In this document: positions 1-8,330 of the stretch, piece after piece
How the letters are laid out: each line of letters begins with the position of its first letter
Position numbering within the stretch: the stretch's first letter is position 1
Assembly (NCBI RefSeq): GCF_001458695.1
Contig: NZ_LN885086.1
Coordinates: forward strand, 390,001-422,000
Length of the DNA: 32,000 bases
Direction of reading: 5' to 3'
From: Candidatus Nitrospira inopinata
Lineage (GTDB): Bacteria; Nitrospirota; Nitrospiria; Nitrospirales; Nitrospiraceae
Position numbers and translations under genes: made by a program
Notes under the pieces: generated by a model
Databases searched by the model: none
The model's input: the letters and a program-made list of their open reading frames with translations, nothing else
What the model was told of the DNA's origin: nothing

Positions 1-1251
1 GAACGCCGGGATCAGAATCTGCGAGGCATAGTTGCCCGCCCCGATAAATCCCAGCACCACGGAATCACGGGGCTTCGCCGGCCGTGGCGGACGTTCGGCC
101 AAGCGCACGTGCCTCGCTCGGAGCAAGGCGTCGGATTGCTCCTCCGCTCCAGGATAGCGGAGCACGATCCCCAACGAGCCGCCGGCCGTGAGCAGCCGAT
201 ACGCCTCCTCGGCGCGGGACAGATCGAACCGATGGGTGATGAGGGGCGCCATGTCCAGGCGGCCGTCCGCCATCATGTCCAGCACCGCCTCGAAGTTCCG
301 TTGCTCCGTCCAGCGCACGAAGCCGATGGGATAGTCATGCCCCCCTTCTTCATACGCGGCGTCATAGCGGCCAGGCCCATAGGAACAGGACACCTGGAAC
401 GTGAGTTCTTTTTCATAAAAATCGGCGCGCGACAGTTCCAGGCCCACCACGCCTACCAGCACGATGCGGCCTCGTTTGCGGCACATCAGCGCGGCCTGGT
501 GCACCGGCTCGTTGCTGGTCGTCGAAGCCGCGATCACGACGGCATCCACCCCTCGCCCGCGCGAAAACCTCGCCGCGGCGGTCAGCGGATCTTCGCCGCG
601 CGAGAGATCGACCGCCTCGGCGCCGAACCGCCTGGCCAATTCCAGCTTCGCCGGGTCCAGATCAATGCCTAATACGCGGCAGCCGTGCGCGCGCAGAAGC
701 TGCACGGTAATGAGCCCGATCAGGCCGAGGCCGGTCACCACGACCGCTTCGCCGAGCGTAGGTTGCACCAAGCGTACCCCTTGCAAAGCGATGGCCGCGA
801 GCACCGTAAAGGCCGCCGCCTCATCGCCCACCGCCTCCGGCACCTTGGCGCAGAGGTGTTTGGGAACCGCGACCACCTGCGCATGTTTGCCGTTCGACGC
901 CACCCGATCGCCCACCGCAAAGCCCGTCACCCCCGCTCCCACCTCCATCACCACACCCATGTTGCAATAGCCCATGGCAAGGGGCTGGTCCAACTTGTGG
1001 CGCACCGCATCCAACGTCGGCAGCAGGCCGTCGGTCTTGATCTTGTCGAGCACCATCCGCACTTTGTCCGGCTGTTGGCGAGCCTTCTCCAGCAGATTGG
1101 CCTTGCCGAACTCCACCAACATCCGTTCTGTGCCTTGTGAGACCACCGTACACACCGTGCGAATCAGCAGGTGGCCGGGCGGACAAGCCGGGCAGGGCAC
1201 GTCCACCACCTCTGTTTCACCGGTTTTGAGGTTTTGGAGGATTTGCTTCAT
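1..1251 (-). CDS. Bi-domain oxidoreductase: an N-terminal Zn-dependent alcohol dehydrogenase (MDR) domain followed by the start of a Gfo/Idh/MocA domain. Partial; the 3' end lies beyond the window start.
   Basis: Absent from the ORF track because it is open at the window edge. My translation of the minus strand from the ATG at 1251-1249 gives 417 codons with no stop. It reads MKQILQNLKTGETEVVDVPCPACPPGHLLIRTVCTVVSQGTERM...GYCNMGVVMEVGAGVTGFAVGDRVAS...AVVVTGLGLIGLITVQLL (Rossmann GxGxxG)...SVVLGFIGAGNYASQILIPAF at the edge. The listed + ORFs 109-672, 464-970 and 685-1140 are antisense shadows of it. Confidence 0.8.
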   Translation of the reverse strand, partial: MKQILQNLKTGETEVVDVPCPACPPGHLLIRTVCTVVSQGTERMLVEFGKANLLEKARQQPDKVRMVLDKIKTDGLLPTLDAVRHKLDQPLAMGYCNMGVVMEVGAGVTGFAVGDRVASNGKHAQVVAVPKHLCAKVPEAVGDEAAAFTVLAAIALQGVRLVQPTLGEAVVVTGLGLIGLITVQLLRAHGCRVLGIDLDPAKLELARRFGAEAVDLSRGEDPLTAAARFSRGRGVDAVVIAASTTSNEPVHQAALMCRKRGRIVLVGVVGLELSRADFYEKELTFQVSCSYGPGRYDAAYEEGGHDYPIGFVRWTEQRNFEAVLDMMADGRLDMAPLITHRFDLSRAEEAYRLLTAGGSLGIVLRYPGAEEQSDALLRARHVRLAERPPRPAKPRDSVVLGFIGAGNYASQILIPAF

Positions 1252-1423
1252 GGACAACTCCCAAGCCGCCGGCTGTTTCAGCATGCAATGAAACCACTCT
1301 ATCGTCTGGCGCCTTACCGTTACAGCACAGCACCGGATACGGCGGCTCGTGGAGCCTCCGGCGCCTGGCGATACGTCCCTCGCACACGTGCAACGCAGGT
1401 CCGACAGTCACATCGGCTGATGC

Positions 1424-1636
1424 TCAAAGGTCTTCGGGTTTCAGTCCCGTGTGCTTGGCAATGCGTGCAAGCATCCGCGGACCGAGCTCTTCCCTTTCAT
1501 GGAACGCGAAGACAAAATCCGGCCAGCCGGCGCGAACGAGCGTGCGGTGCGAACCCGACTGGCGTTTGATCTGCCAGCCGATCCGCTGCAAGGCAGAGAG
1601 CACGCGCACAGCCTTCGAAGAAGGCCACAGGCTCAT
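1424..1636 (-). CDS. hicA: HicA-family mRNA-interferase toxin
   Basis: 70-aa ORF, MSLWPSSKAVRVLSALQRIGWQIKRQSGSHRTLVRAGWPDFVFAFHEREELGPRMLARIAKHTGLKPEDL. Its size, the K/R-rich region with the G-S-H motif, and the C-terminal ...I.K..GL...D resemble HicA/YcfA toxins. It overlaps the upstream hicB stop by 4 nt. Confidence 0.8.
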   Translation of the reverse strand: MSLWPSSKAVRVLSALQRIGWQIKRQSGSHRTLVRAGWPDFVFAFHEREELGPRMLARIAKHTGLKPEDL

Positions 1637-1839
1637 GCCGCGGCAACCGAAATACTGATGTCAACCGGGGCCGTCTCACAGTGTTCGAGACGTTCAGCCA
1701 GCACCCGCAGCGCAAGAACCTCGGCCTTGGTCTGCGCTTCCACTGCGCTGTCGCCATAGGCCATCACACCGGGCAGTTCCGGCACTTCAGCCAACCAACG
1801 GCCGTCTTCTTCGCGCTCGCACTCGATCGTGAGCTTCAT
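1633..1839 (-). CDS. hicB: HicB-family (UPF0150) antitoxin
   Basis: 68-aa ORF, MKLTIECEREEDGRWLAEVPELPGVMAYGDSAVEAQTKAEVLALRVLAERLE... It carries the typical HicB N-terminal signature (W.AEVPELPG....G.S..EA). A Shine-Dalgarno (SD)-like gggaggtg lies directly upstream of the ATG at 1839. It is translationally coupled to hicA. Confidence 0.75.
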   Translation of the reverse strand: MKLTIECEREEDGRWLAEVPELPGVMAYGDSAVEAQTKAEVLALRVLAERLEHCETAPVDISISVAAA

Positions 1840-1904
1840 GACACCTCCCGAAGCGGCAACACCTGAACACCATGCGCCGCGCCCGCCACCGTTGCACGGG
1901 AAAC

Positions 1905-2110
1905 AACCTAATCACGCCCAAGCCGCACTCCACCCGCTTCGCCCAATGCCGGCTGCACCAGTCGCCCCCCTGAAGCGCAATCGCCGCGAGCACCGTAAAG
2001 GCCGCCGCGTCATCACCGACCGTCTCGGGCACCTTGGTGCAGAGATGTTTCGGCACCGCCACCACCTCTGTTTCACCGGTTTTGAGGTTTTGGAGGATTT
2101 GCTTCATGGA
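1905..2110 (-). pseudogene. Truncated, internally deleted and frameshifted second copy of the 5' end of the bi-domain oxidoreductase gene
   Basis: 2059-2110 is identical (52/52 nt) to 1203-1254, which covers the start codon and first 16 codons (MKQILQNLKTGETEVV). 1991-2068 matches 802-879 with about 10 mismatches, giving AVPKHLCTKVPETVGDDAAAFTVLAAIALQG versus AVPKHLCAKVPEAVGDEAAAFTVLAAIALQG. About 110 codons between the two blocks are missing. Further homology (GRLVQPALGEA versus VRLVQPTLGEA) appears only after a +1 frameshift, and a stop follows. Confidence 0.75.
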
Positions 2111-2414
2111 GACTATCGCGAGATCAGCCGCTCCAGGACGCGTAGGAACTGCTCGGCGCTCGGTCTCGTCGTGACGGTGATATCTTCCAGACCAATGTTC
2201 TGGGCAGTGACCTTATCATAATGACAGGTGAGGTCAATATGGCCATGTCGCCTCCCTTAAATCCTAAAAATCCTAATAAGGTTTGAACTCTCATGCTGGA
2301 TAGCCGGCTCATTGGCCAGGATCGAGCCGCAAAGCAGGATACTTGAATCAATAACTACGCTGTACCATCAATCTAAACACCCGCACATCTAGTCACCCCT
2401 CAGCATCCAGCGTA

Positions 2415-3590
2415 CTAGACACTATAGCCCCGGTGGTGTTGCTTCGAATGACTCTCAACCTGTTCATCCAGTGAATGCCGTGCCTCTTTGAGTGAAAACT
2501 GAGACATTACTTCTCCTCGACGAACCATATTAGTAACATGCAGCATCAAAAGCGTTGACAATTCCACCTCGCACCAATCCCTTGCAGGTGTGGAATTAAA
2601 AGGTTGAAGAATCGCCAATTGATGGCCTACGTCCTTTGGCCAGTAACGATGGTTCGTGACTTGTGCGCCTTTGTGAACCGTCATACGTCTAAAATCTTCT
2701 ATATGGCATGTCACCTCACCGTGTTGGAGATGAATCGATTCGTAAATCCCTTCGAATGGCTCGTTGCGTGAAGTCAGCATGATCGAAAAGATATCGTGGC
2801 GATCGGTGCTAATGGTCACAACAAAATTGTCATCGGCTTCCTGATCATCAGCGCTGGAAAGGACTATTTGGATTTGATCGGGAAGCCCGCGCCAGGCAAG
2901 GATATGCACCATCAAATCCAGCCAGTGACCAAGATTGCCACAGACGCGCGTCCCCTCAGACGGCAATCTATACCAATGGTCGGGTCCTATCCGATGACCG
3001 GCAACAAAACAATGAATAGAAAAGCCGGAATCTGTATGGATCGGCAACACAGCGCGAAGATCACGCATAGCCGAAGAAAAGGGGCGGTTATAACCAGCAT
3101 ACACGACTCGGCCGCTCGCGCGTTTTGCAGCAAGCATCTCGACAAGTTGCGACTGGTCAACAGCTATCGGTTTTTCGACGTAGACGTCAAGACCATGAAG
3201 CAAAGCCTTTGTGGCATACGGTGCATGGGAGGAATGGCTAGAAGCAATGTACACCAGCCGTAATCCTGGCATCGTCAACAACTCATCAACGCTCTCGCAA
3301 ATCCGCGGCACACGCAAGGCTTTTGCCAACGAACGGCTTGCGTCAGGCTTAATGTCAAAACACGCGCCAATATGCCTCCCTCGCACCTTGCTGAGATAGT
3401 AGCCGATCGTCGCGAACGCAAATTGTCCACAGCCGATGAGCCCAATGTCCGGATTGCTGGCTCCAAATCGAGGTAAAAAGAAAGCCGAGCCAATTCGCTT
3501 TCGCGCTGCAGCTTTAAAGAAAGCGCGGCCCGGTCCGTAAATGCCCGCATAACGGATTACCTTCCGGATCGAATCAAGTAGTCCGTTCAT
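2415..3590 (-). CDS. Gfo/Idh/MocA-family NAD(P)-dependent oxidoreductase
   Basis: 391-aa ORF. It has an N-terminal dinucleotide fold (DIGLIGCGQFAFATIGYYL) and a VYVEKPIA (EKP) motif, and the length fits the family. Confidence 0.7.
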   Translation of the reverse strand: MNGLLDSIRKVIRYAGIYGPGRAFFKAAARKRIGSAFFLPRFGASNPDIGLIGCGQFAFATIGYYLSKVRGRHIGACFDIKPDASRSLAKALRVPRICESVDELLTMPGLRLVYIASSHSSHAPYATKALLHGLDVYVEKPIAVDQSQLVEMLAAKRASGRVVYAGYNRPFSSAMRDLRAVLPIHTDSGFSIHCFVAGHRIGPDHWYRLPSEGTRVCGNLGHWLDLMVHILAWRGLPDQIQIVLSSADDQEADDNFVVTISTDRHDIFSIMLTSRNEPFEGIYESIHLQHGEVTCHIEDFRRMTVHKGAQVTNHRYWPKDVGHQLAILQPFNSTPARDWCEVELSTLLMLHVTNMVRRGEVMSQFSLKEARHSLDEQVESHSKQHHRGYSV

Positions 3591-3718
3591 GAATCATTAT
3601 GTTTTATGCTGAACCGCTGTGTTGCACCAAGATCACGGCTGCACTCACACCGCCTTTCCCAGAAGGGAGCCACTCTATGAAAACAGCCGTATCTCTACTC
3701 CAACACCGCACACATTAA

Positions 3719-4618
3719 TCAGTCAAATTGCGCAACCCGCGAGTCTGGTTTCCCTGGGCCATAATAACGTTTGGTGGGAAGGCGCCCCGTGATCTCCATC
3801 TCACGTCGCTTGTACTCGATGAATCGCATATAATCGACCCGTAATCTGGCCCATAAGTACCCAACCCACCCCGCATGCCAAGCCCCCAGCCAGAGCCAGT
3901 GATAAAGAAAGAAGATGGCGTGTCGAAAAGGCAGTCGCTGGTAGTGCTTTTTGATCCACATGCGTCTCTCAAGCGAACTGCCGAGCAGCTTGGGCATAGC
4001 CGCCAAAGATGCGTTTGTATAAGCGGTAATTGCTTCCGCTGTGGTATAGCGGTTTTGTTTTTCCAGCCAATGGTCAAGATCCGGACTGTCCAAATGATTT
4101 ATCTCCCCACTAACGCGAACAATTCGGCCCGGCACAACCGGATATTCGTTGACAGCCACATCGGTAAATCGGCATGTGCCGGTCCGCCAAACCCGAAGAA
4201 GCTCATGACGCACAGGCAAGGGCCTACCCATAAAATGCAAGCGTCTGACGAGTAAAAAGCCGTCATCTTTGTTCTCACTCATTGCTTTAATCAAACTTAC
4301 CTTCAAGGCATCGCTTAACCGCTCATCTGGATCGAGTTTCATTGTCCAAGGAGCGGTGATCGGCAGATGGGCAAGCGCAAAATTCCATTGATTACCGAAT
4401 CCTCGAAAGCGTCGCTGAACGACGTACACGCCATAACGCAAGGCGATCTCTACCGTGTCATCTTGGCTGTAACTATCGACCAGAAAGACTTCCTGCGCCC
4501 AACCCTCAAGATTGCGGCAGACCGCCTCCATGTTATGCCCTTCGTTAAGGGCGATCATCACAACTGCAACAGGGGCCTTCCCTGCTTTCCAGTTCTGACA
4601 GTCACTCATCCGCTGCAT
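3719..4618 (-). CDS. Family 2 (GT-A) glycosyltransferase
   Basis: 299-aa ORF. N-terminus VAVVMIALNEGHNMEAVCRNLEGWAQEVFLVDSYSQDDTVEIA (GT2 nucleotide-sugar binding region with a D-x-D-like DSYSQDD). Its overall shape resembles the WaaE/KdtX-type LPS-core GT2 enzymes. Confidence 0.75.
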   Translation of the reverse strand: MQRMSDCQNWKAGKAPVAVVMIALNEGHNMEAVCRNLEGWAQEVFLVDSYSQDDTVEIALRYGVYVVQRRFRGFGNQWNFALAHLPITAPWTMKLDPDERLSDALKVSLIKAMSENKDDGFLLVRRLHFMGRPLPVRHELLRVWRTGTCRFTDVAVNEYPVVPGRIVRVSGEINHLDSPDLDHWLEKQNRYTTAEAITAYTNASLAAMPKLLGSSLERRMWIKKHYQRLPFRHAIFFLYHWLWLGAWHAGWVGYLWARLRVDYMRFIEYKRREMEITGRLPTKRYYGPGKPDSRVAQFD

Positions 4619-4737
4619 AAGTCTTAAACGCTATGATCAAAAACGTCTTTTACTTGAGAGCCACCACCCTCACACTCTATTGCTCGTTTCCGCAATCAAC
4701 CTCGTCTATCGTCAACTCTCACTGTATATGAAAAGAA

Positions 4738-5877
4738 TTACTTGTCGATGACCCAGGCAGGCTTCATTCCACCATGAACGATCCACTCGTAGGTGCGCGC
4801 CATCCGGCGTCCCAAACTGTCCCACGAAAATTCCTCCTGCATCCAACGCAGCCCCCGCTGTCCCATCTCGCTTAATTGATCCGAAGACAGGGCCAGGGCC
4901 TGCATCAGACAGCTCACCAAGGGAGCCACGCCGATATCAATCCACCACCCCGCCTGCTTTTCAAGCAAGCCGGCCCACGGCGCCCCCTTGGATACTATGG
5001 CGGGCAGACCGCAAGCCAAAGCCTCCGCCACCACGTTGCCGAAATTCTCCGAGTAGGTGGGTAACACGAACAGATCGGCTTGGGAATAGGTCTCCCACTT
5101 TTGAGCGCCCTTGACCTCGCCGATAAACTCAAGGCGCTTCAACTCCAATTGAGCGGCCAACGCTTGCATCTTCCCCAAGTAGCCGTCGCTGTCGTTCGGT
5201 CCAGCGATAACCAGCCGCCATGCAGGGAAATGATCCTGTACTGCCTGCCACGCCGGCAACAGCAGATCGAGGCCTTTTATGGGGTGAATCCGGCTCAGAA
5301 ACAAAAGGGTCCGCAGGGGCTGTTCCCGCTTTGGAATCGGCTCAGGTATGTCGATCCCATTCGGGATAATCGCCACAGGCTGGCGAAAGCCCAGGCGCCG
5401 GATGTCTTCATATTCCGACTCCGCCGTGGCGTGAAAGCACGCCGCCGCCGAGATAGCCGGTCTTTGCACCAAAGGCCAGAAGAACCGTTTCACAAACGAG
5501 CCGCTGGCCATGGCCCAAGAGGAGAGTGTGCCTCTGGGCGAGATAATCAGCGGGATGCGATAACGGCGAGCCATGATCCCCGGATAGACATTCGGCATCA
5601 TCCATAGACTGTGATTGTGCAAAATGTCCACGGTTCGAGAAGCACCCTCTTGCGCCAGCCAGCGAGCCATCGCCGGAGAGCGCCCAAGTTTTTTGGGACC
5701 AGCGCCCGCGGGAAACATCTTGACGAAATGCGGAAACGAGGCGTTCGGCAAATCATCTAATACTGACAAGATGACATCATGCCCTTCCTTTAGCAACGAT
5801 TCGCAAAGACGGACTACGGCATAGGAAGGCCCCATGGCTTGCTGCGAGATCGACGGCACACTATGGATGATTCTCAT
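4738..5877 (-). CDS. Family 4 (GT-B) glycosyltransferase
   Basis: 379-aa ORF. C-terminal domain ...ADLFVLPTYSENFGNVVAEALACGLPAIVS carries the E-x7-E retaining GT4 signature. Confidence 0.85.
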   Translation of the reverse strand: MRIIHSVPSISQQAMGPSYAVVRLCESLLKEGHDVILSVLDDLPNASFPHFVKMFPAGAGPKKLGRSPAMARWLAQEGASRTVDILHNHSLWMMPNVYPGIMARRYRIPLIISPRGTLSSWAMASGSFVKRFFWPLVQRPAISAAACFHATAESEYEDIRRLGFRQPVAIIPNGIDIPEPIPKREQPLRTLLFLSRIHPIKGLDLLLPAWQAVQDHFPAWRLVIAGPNDSDGYLGKMQALAAQLELKRLEFIGEVKGAQKWETYSQADLFVLPTYSENFGNVVAEALACGLPAIVSKGAPWAGLLEKQAGWWIDIGVAPLVSCLMQALALSSDQLSEMGQRGLRWMQEEFSWDSLGRRMARTYEWIVHGGMKPAWVIDK

Positions 5878-6190
5878 AGGGGCATTTGAATGTGAGACGG
5901 AGCCACCAAAGCACCCTGATGACTTTCGAGAAGAGGTCGATCATCTCATTTGCCGGCTTTAACGTACGGCGAGCCTGACTTGTATTTGTTACTCTGTCCA
6001 GTAAGATCCAGACGAAAGTTCCGCCAGTCCTCGCCCCTGCGCCGTTGTGGAGCGGAAACCATCAAGGGCAGCGCCTACAAGCCCGCCGCTTGGCTGGTTC
6101 CGTGATCTAGGTCATGGGCTTTCGAGCACACGACCGTCTTCTGTTGATTGCCACAAGGAGGCCGGTTGTATGACCGATCGTGGCGACAAC

Positions 6191-6793
6191 TTAATACACC
6201 GTTGCATAGTAGGCCAGTTTCACCAGCTCCATCCCAACAAACTTAGCCCAGACTTTTTCCCGCCACCACCCAGCCGCATCCCAGCCTTTCGGCTCGCTCG
6301 CGATCAGCCTATACTCGATGCCGTATTGCGACGCGACTTTCTGCCAAATCATCTCCAGCCTACGCAGATGGGGCGGATCGCTGACCACCAGGGCCGATCG
6401 CCATTGTTGTGTCTTCATAAGCCGAGCAGCATTTTGAGCCTCTTCGTAGGAATTCCGAGACCGATCGTCGAACAGCAACACCTCGAACGGCACACCGCCT
6501 GCCAACAGAAATCTGGTCCTCCAATGAAGACGAAAATCGCCGCGTCGCTCCGCATCCGCGGTGAGGCCGGTGAGAAGAACTCGCCTGGCATAGCCGTCTT
6601 TATAGAGATCTATGGCTCTTCGAACCCGGTCCTTCTCTCCGCCTCCCAGCACGACGATGATGTCGGCTTCTTGCGGAGCGCTCCGCGGCGCGGAAAGCCA
6701 ATGGCCGAGGTTGAGCATACCCATCATCAGCACTACTGCGCTCACCCCACCCACAGCGACAAACGTGAACAACCGTCTCGCGAAACGTCTCAT
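6191..6793 (-). CDS. YdcF/DUF218 (ElyC/SanA-like) membrane-anchored protein
   Basis: The track ORF 6191-6949 overlaps the upstream gene. The internal ATG at 6793 gives MRRFARRLFTFVAVGGVSAVVLMMGML (TM anchor), then ADIIVVLGGGEKDRVRRAIDLY...RVLLTG...NSYEEAQ...ALVVSDPPHLRR, which is the DUF218 pattern. The start choice is uncertain. Confidence 0.7.
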   Translation of the reverse strand: MRRFARRLFTFVAVGGVSAVVLMMGMLNLGHWLSAPRSAPQEADIIVVLGGGEKDRVRRAIDLYKDGYARRVLLTGLTADAERRGDFRLHWRTRFLLAGGVPFEVLLFDDRSRNSYEEAQNAARLMKTQQWRSALVVSDPPHLRRLEMIWQKVASQYGIEYRLIASEPKGWDAAGWWREKVWAKFVGMELVKLAYYATVY

Positions 6794-6830
6794 TCCTTTC
6801 TTAAGCGCGTTGAAGATATCAACATGAGTC

Positions 6831-8291
6831 TTATTTTCCCTCTCCGGCCTTGTCCAACAAAAGCGGATAGCGCCGGGACTGAAGGGGAATTGCCACGGTG
6901 CTCTCCTCCGGCGTCGTGCTTTGCGGTTTATCCTGTTGATCATGCGCACTCATGGTTTCTTTGTACCGCCCTATCGCTAACCCAACCAAATAAAAAACAG
7001 GCAGGACGAACAGCATGTCGCGTACATAAACAAAGAGATGGATCAACGTGCTTTCAACCATGCTCAACAGGCCAAATATCATACCGGCAAGACCGACAGC
7101 GAAGGCCCCGTTCTTTTTTGTTCGGGCCAGAATAGCCAACGCCACGTATACGGTCACCCACCACAGAAGTGGCGCAAGTAGAATGCCGACAATACCAAAA
7201 TCCACATACAAGTTCGCCAAAATGCTCGATGCGTAGTCTCTTTCTTCCAACTGGAAGAACTGCACCACGACCTCATCGATATCGAGTCTGGATTTTCCCG
7301 AGTAGAATGCCGCCGGGATGACCTTGTAAAAAGAAAACGTCAGGAGACTCCCTCCCATCGTTTTCCCAGTCTGGTCCACGGCTCGAAGGCAGGTCGCAAA
7401 AAAATCCAGCCCGCCGGAACGGAACACCTGAGTCCCGTCAGGCTGAGGGTGGGGAGTCAAGTATGCCACCACCCCAGCCAGTATCTGGGAAATATTCCCG
7501 GATGAGAGAAGACGATACACTTCCGGGTTTGCCGCATTGAACCGTATACGTTGGTAATAGCCCATGAAGGCGATGCCAGCCACGCCGAGAACAACGGCAA
7601 TCCCTACTGCCCTCCACGAGACACCCCTTGTCATGGCAAACGTGAGCAGGAAAATCAGGACATAAAGAATAACGGTCCTTCTGACCCCCAATGGGGCCTC
7701 CCCCAACAACACGAATACAAAAAATATGGCAAGCAAGGCCCATTCAAACAGCGAAATCGCCCGCCACCCTCGGACTGCAATCTGAACAACCAGCGCCATA
7801 GCCGCGCCATTAGCCAAATAAAGCGCAACCGTCCGTAAGACCGTATCCGCATAACTGATCGGCGACCCATACCTCGCATCTCGATCAAACAGTGTGATGT
7901 AGGAAAATGATTGCGCACCATATTTCGCATAGAGATAGACACGAACCGCCAACCATAACAGAATGCCATATCGCGCAAAAGAATAGCCGGCCGTTAAGAG
8001 CGACTGGAAGGCTAGGCGGCTATTGGTCGAAAAGGATGGGACCTTGCCCAAACTCCATACAAACAAAATATGGACCATTGACAAGGCAACGGCCATGGCA
8101 ATGTAATACGCCCCCTGAGGGGATCGGCCGCCTCTCACATATTGAAGAGCAAGGTCGAGCAGCAAAAACTGCAAGATAAAGTTAATGAGATAGACAGTGA
8201 CAAACTCTCGACCTGAACTATTCCTTTGGAAATGGACGAAGAGAGCGGCCGCGAGACCGATAGACCATATAAAGGAAAGCAGATAGACCAT
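6831..8291 (-). CDS. Polytopic membrane protein, candidate Wzy-type polysaccharide polymerase / O-antigen-ligase-like
   Basis: 486-aa ORF that is almost entirely hydrophobic, with 10 or more predicted helices by eye and one larger loop. It sits in an EPS operon next to a flippase and glycosyltransferases. I recognised no diagnostic motif, so the functional call rests on context. Confidence 0.5.
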   Translation of the reverse strand: MVYLLSFIWSIGLAAALFVHFQRNSSGREFVTVYLINFILQFLLLDLALQYVRGGRSPQGAYYIAMAVALSMVHILFVWSLGKVPSFSTNSRLAFQSLLTAGYSFARYGILLWLAVRVYLYAKYGAQSFSYITLFDRDARYGSPISYADTVLRTVALYLANGAAMALVVQIAVRGWRAISLFEWALLAIFFVFVLLGEAPLGVRRTVILYVLIFLLTFAMTRGVSWRAVGIAVVLGVAGIAFMGYYQRIRFNAANPEVYRLLSSGNISQILAGVVAYLTPHPQPDGTQVFRSGGLDFFATCLRAVDQTGKTMGGSLLTFSFYKVIPAAFYSGKSRLDIDEVVVQFFQLEERDYASSILANLYVDFGIVGILLAPLLWWVTVYVALAILARTKKNGAFAVGLAGMIFGLLSMVESTLIHLFVYVRDMLFVLPVFYLVGLAIGRYKETMSAHDQQDKPQSTTPEESTVAIPLQSRRYPLLLDKAGEGK

Positions 8292-8330
8292 GAGAAAAGA
8301 CTCACCGCCTCCAGCTTGGTTCTGACGGTC

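Noticed and set aside
109-1291. Plus-strand ORFs 109-672, 464-970, 685-1140 and 974-1291, and minus-strand ORFs 735-920 and 821-1186
   Set aside because: All lie inside the 417-codon minus-strand oxidoreductase frame, which has clear Zn-ADH/Rossmann motifs. Their translations are Arg/Pro/Ala-rich, typical of off-frame or antisense shadows in GC-rich DNA.
2111-2351. 75-aa minus ORF 2124-2351, and an alternative headless frame ending ...GHIDLTCHYDKVTAQNIGLEDITVTTRPSAEQFLRVLERLISR* at about 2111
   Set aside because: The listed ORF has no recognisable features. The alternative frame looks like the C-terminal remnant of a displaced gene, but it has no start codon and I cannot name the family. I mention it only as context for the hicBA rearrangement.
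6794-6949. Longer N-terminal versions of three operon genes (6191-6949, 8331-9959, 12138-13091)
   Set aside because: The extended starts overlap the preceding gene by 90-120 nt and add Arg-rich non-signal sequence. Internal starts give proper TM or signal peptides and normal gene spacing.
6047-7135. 362-aa plus-strand ORF
   Set aside because: It runs antisense across the DUF218 gene and the 3' end of the Wzy-like gene. Its translation is low-complexity (Pro/Arg/Ser) with no motifs.
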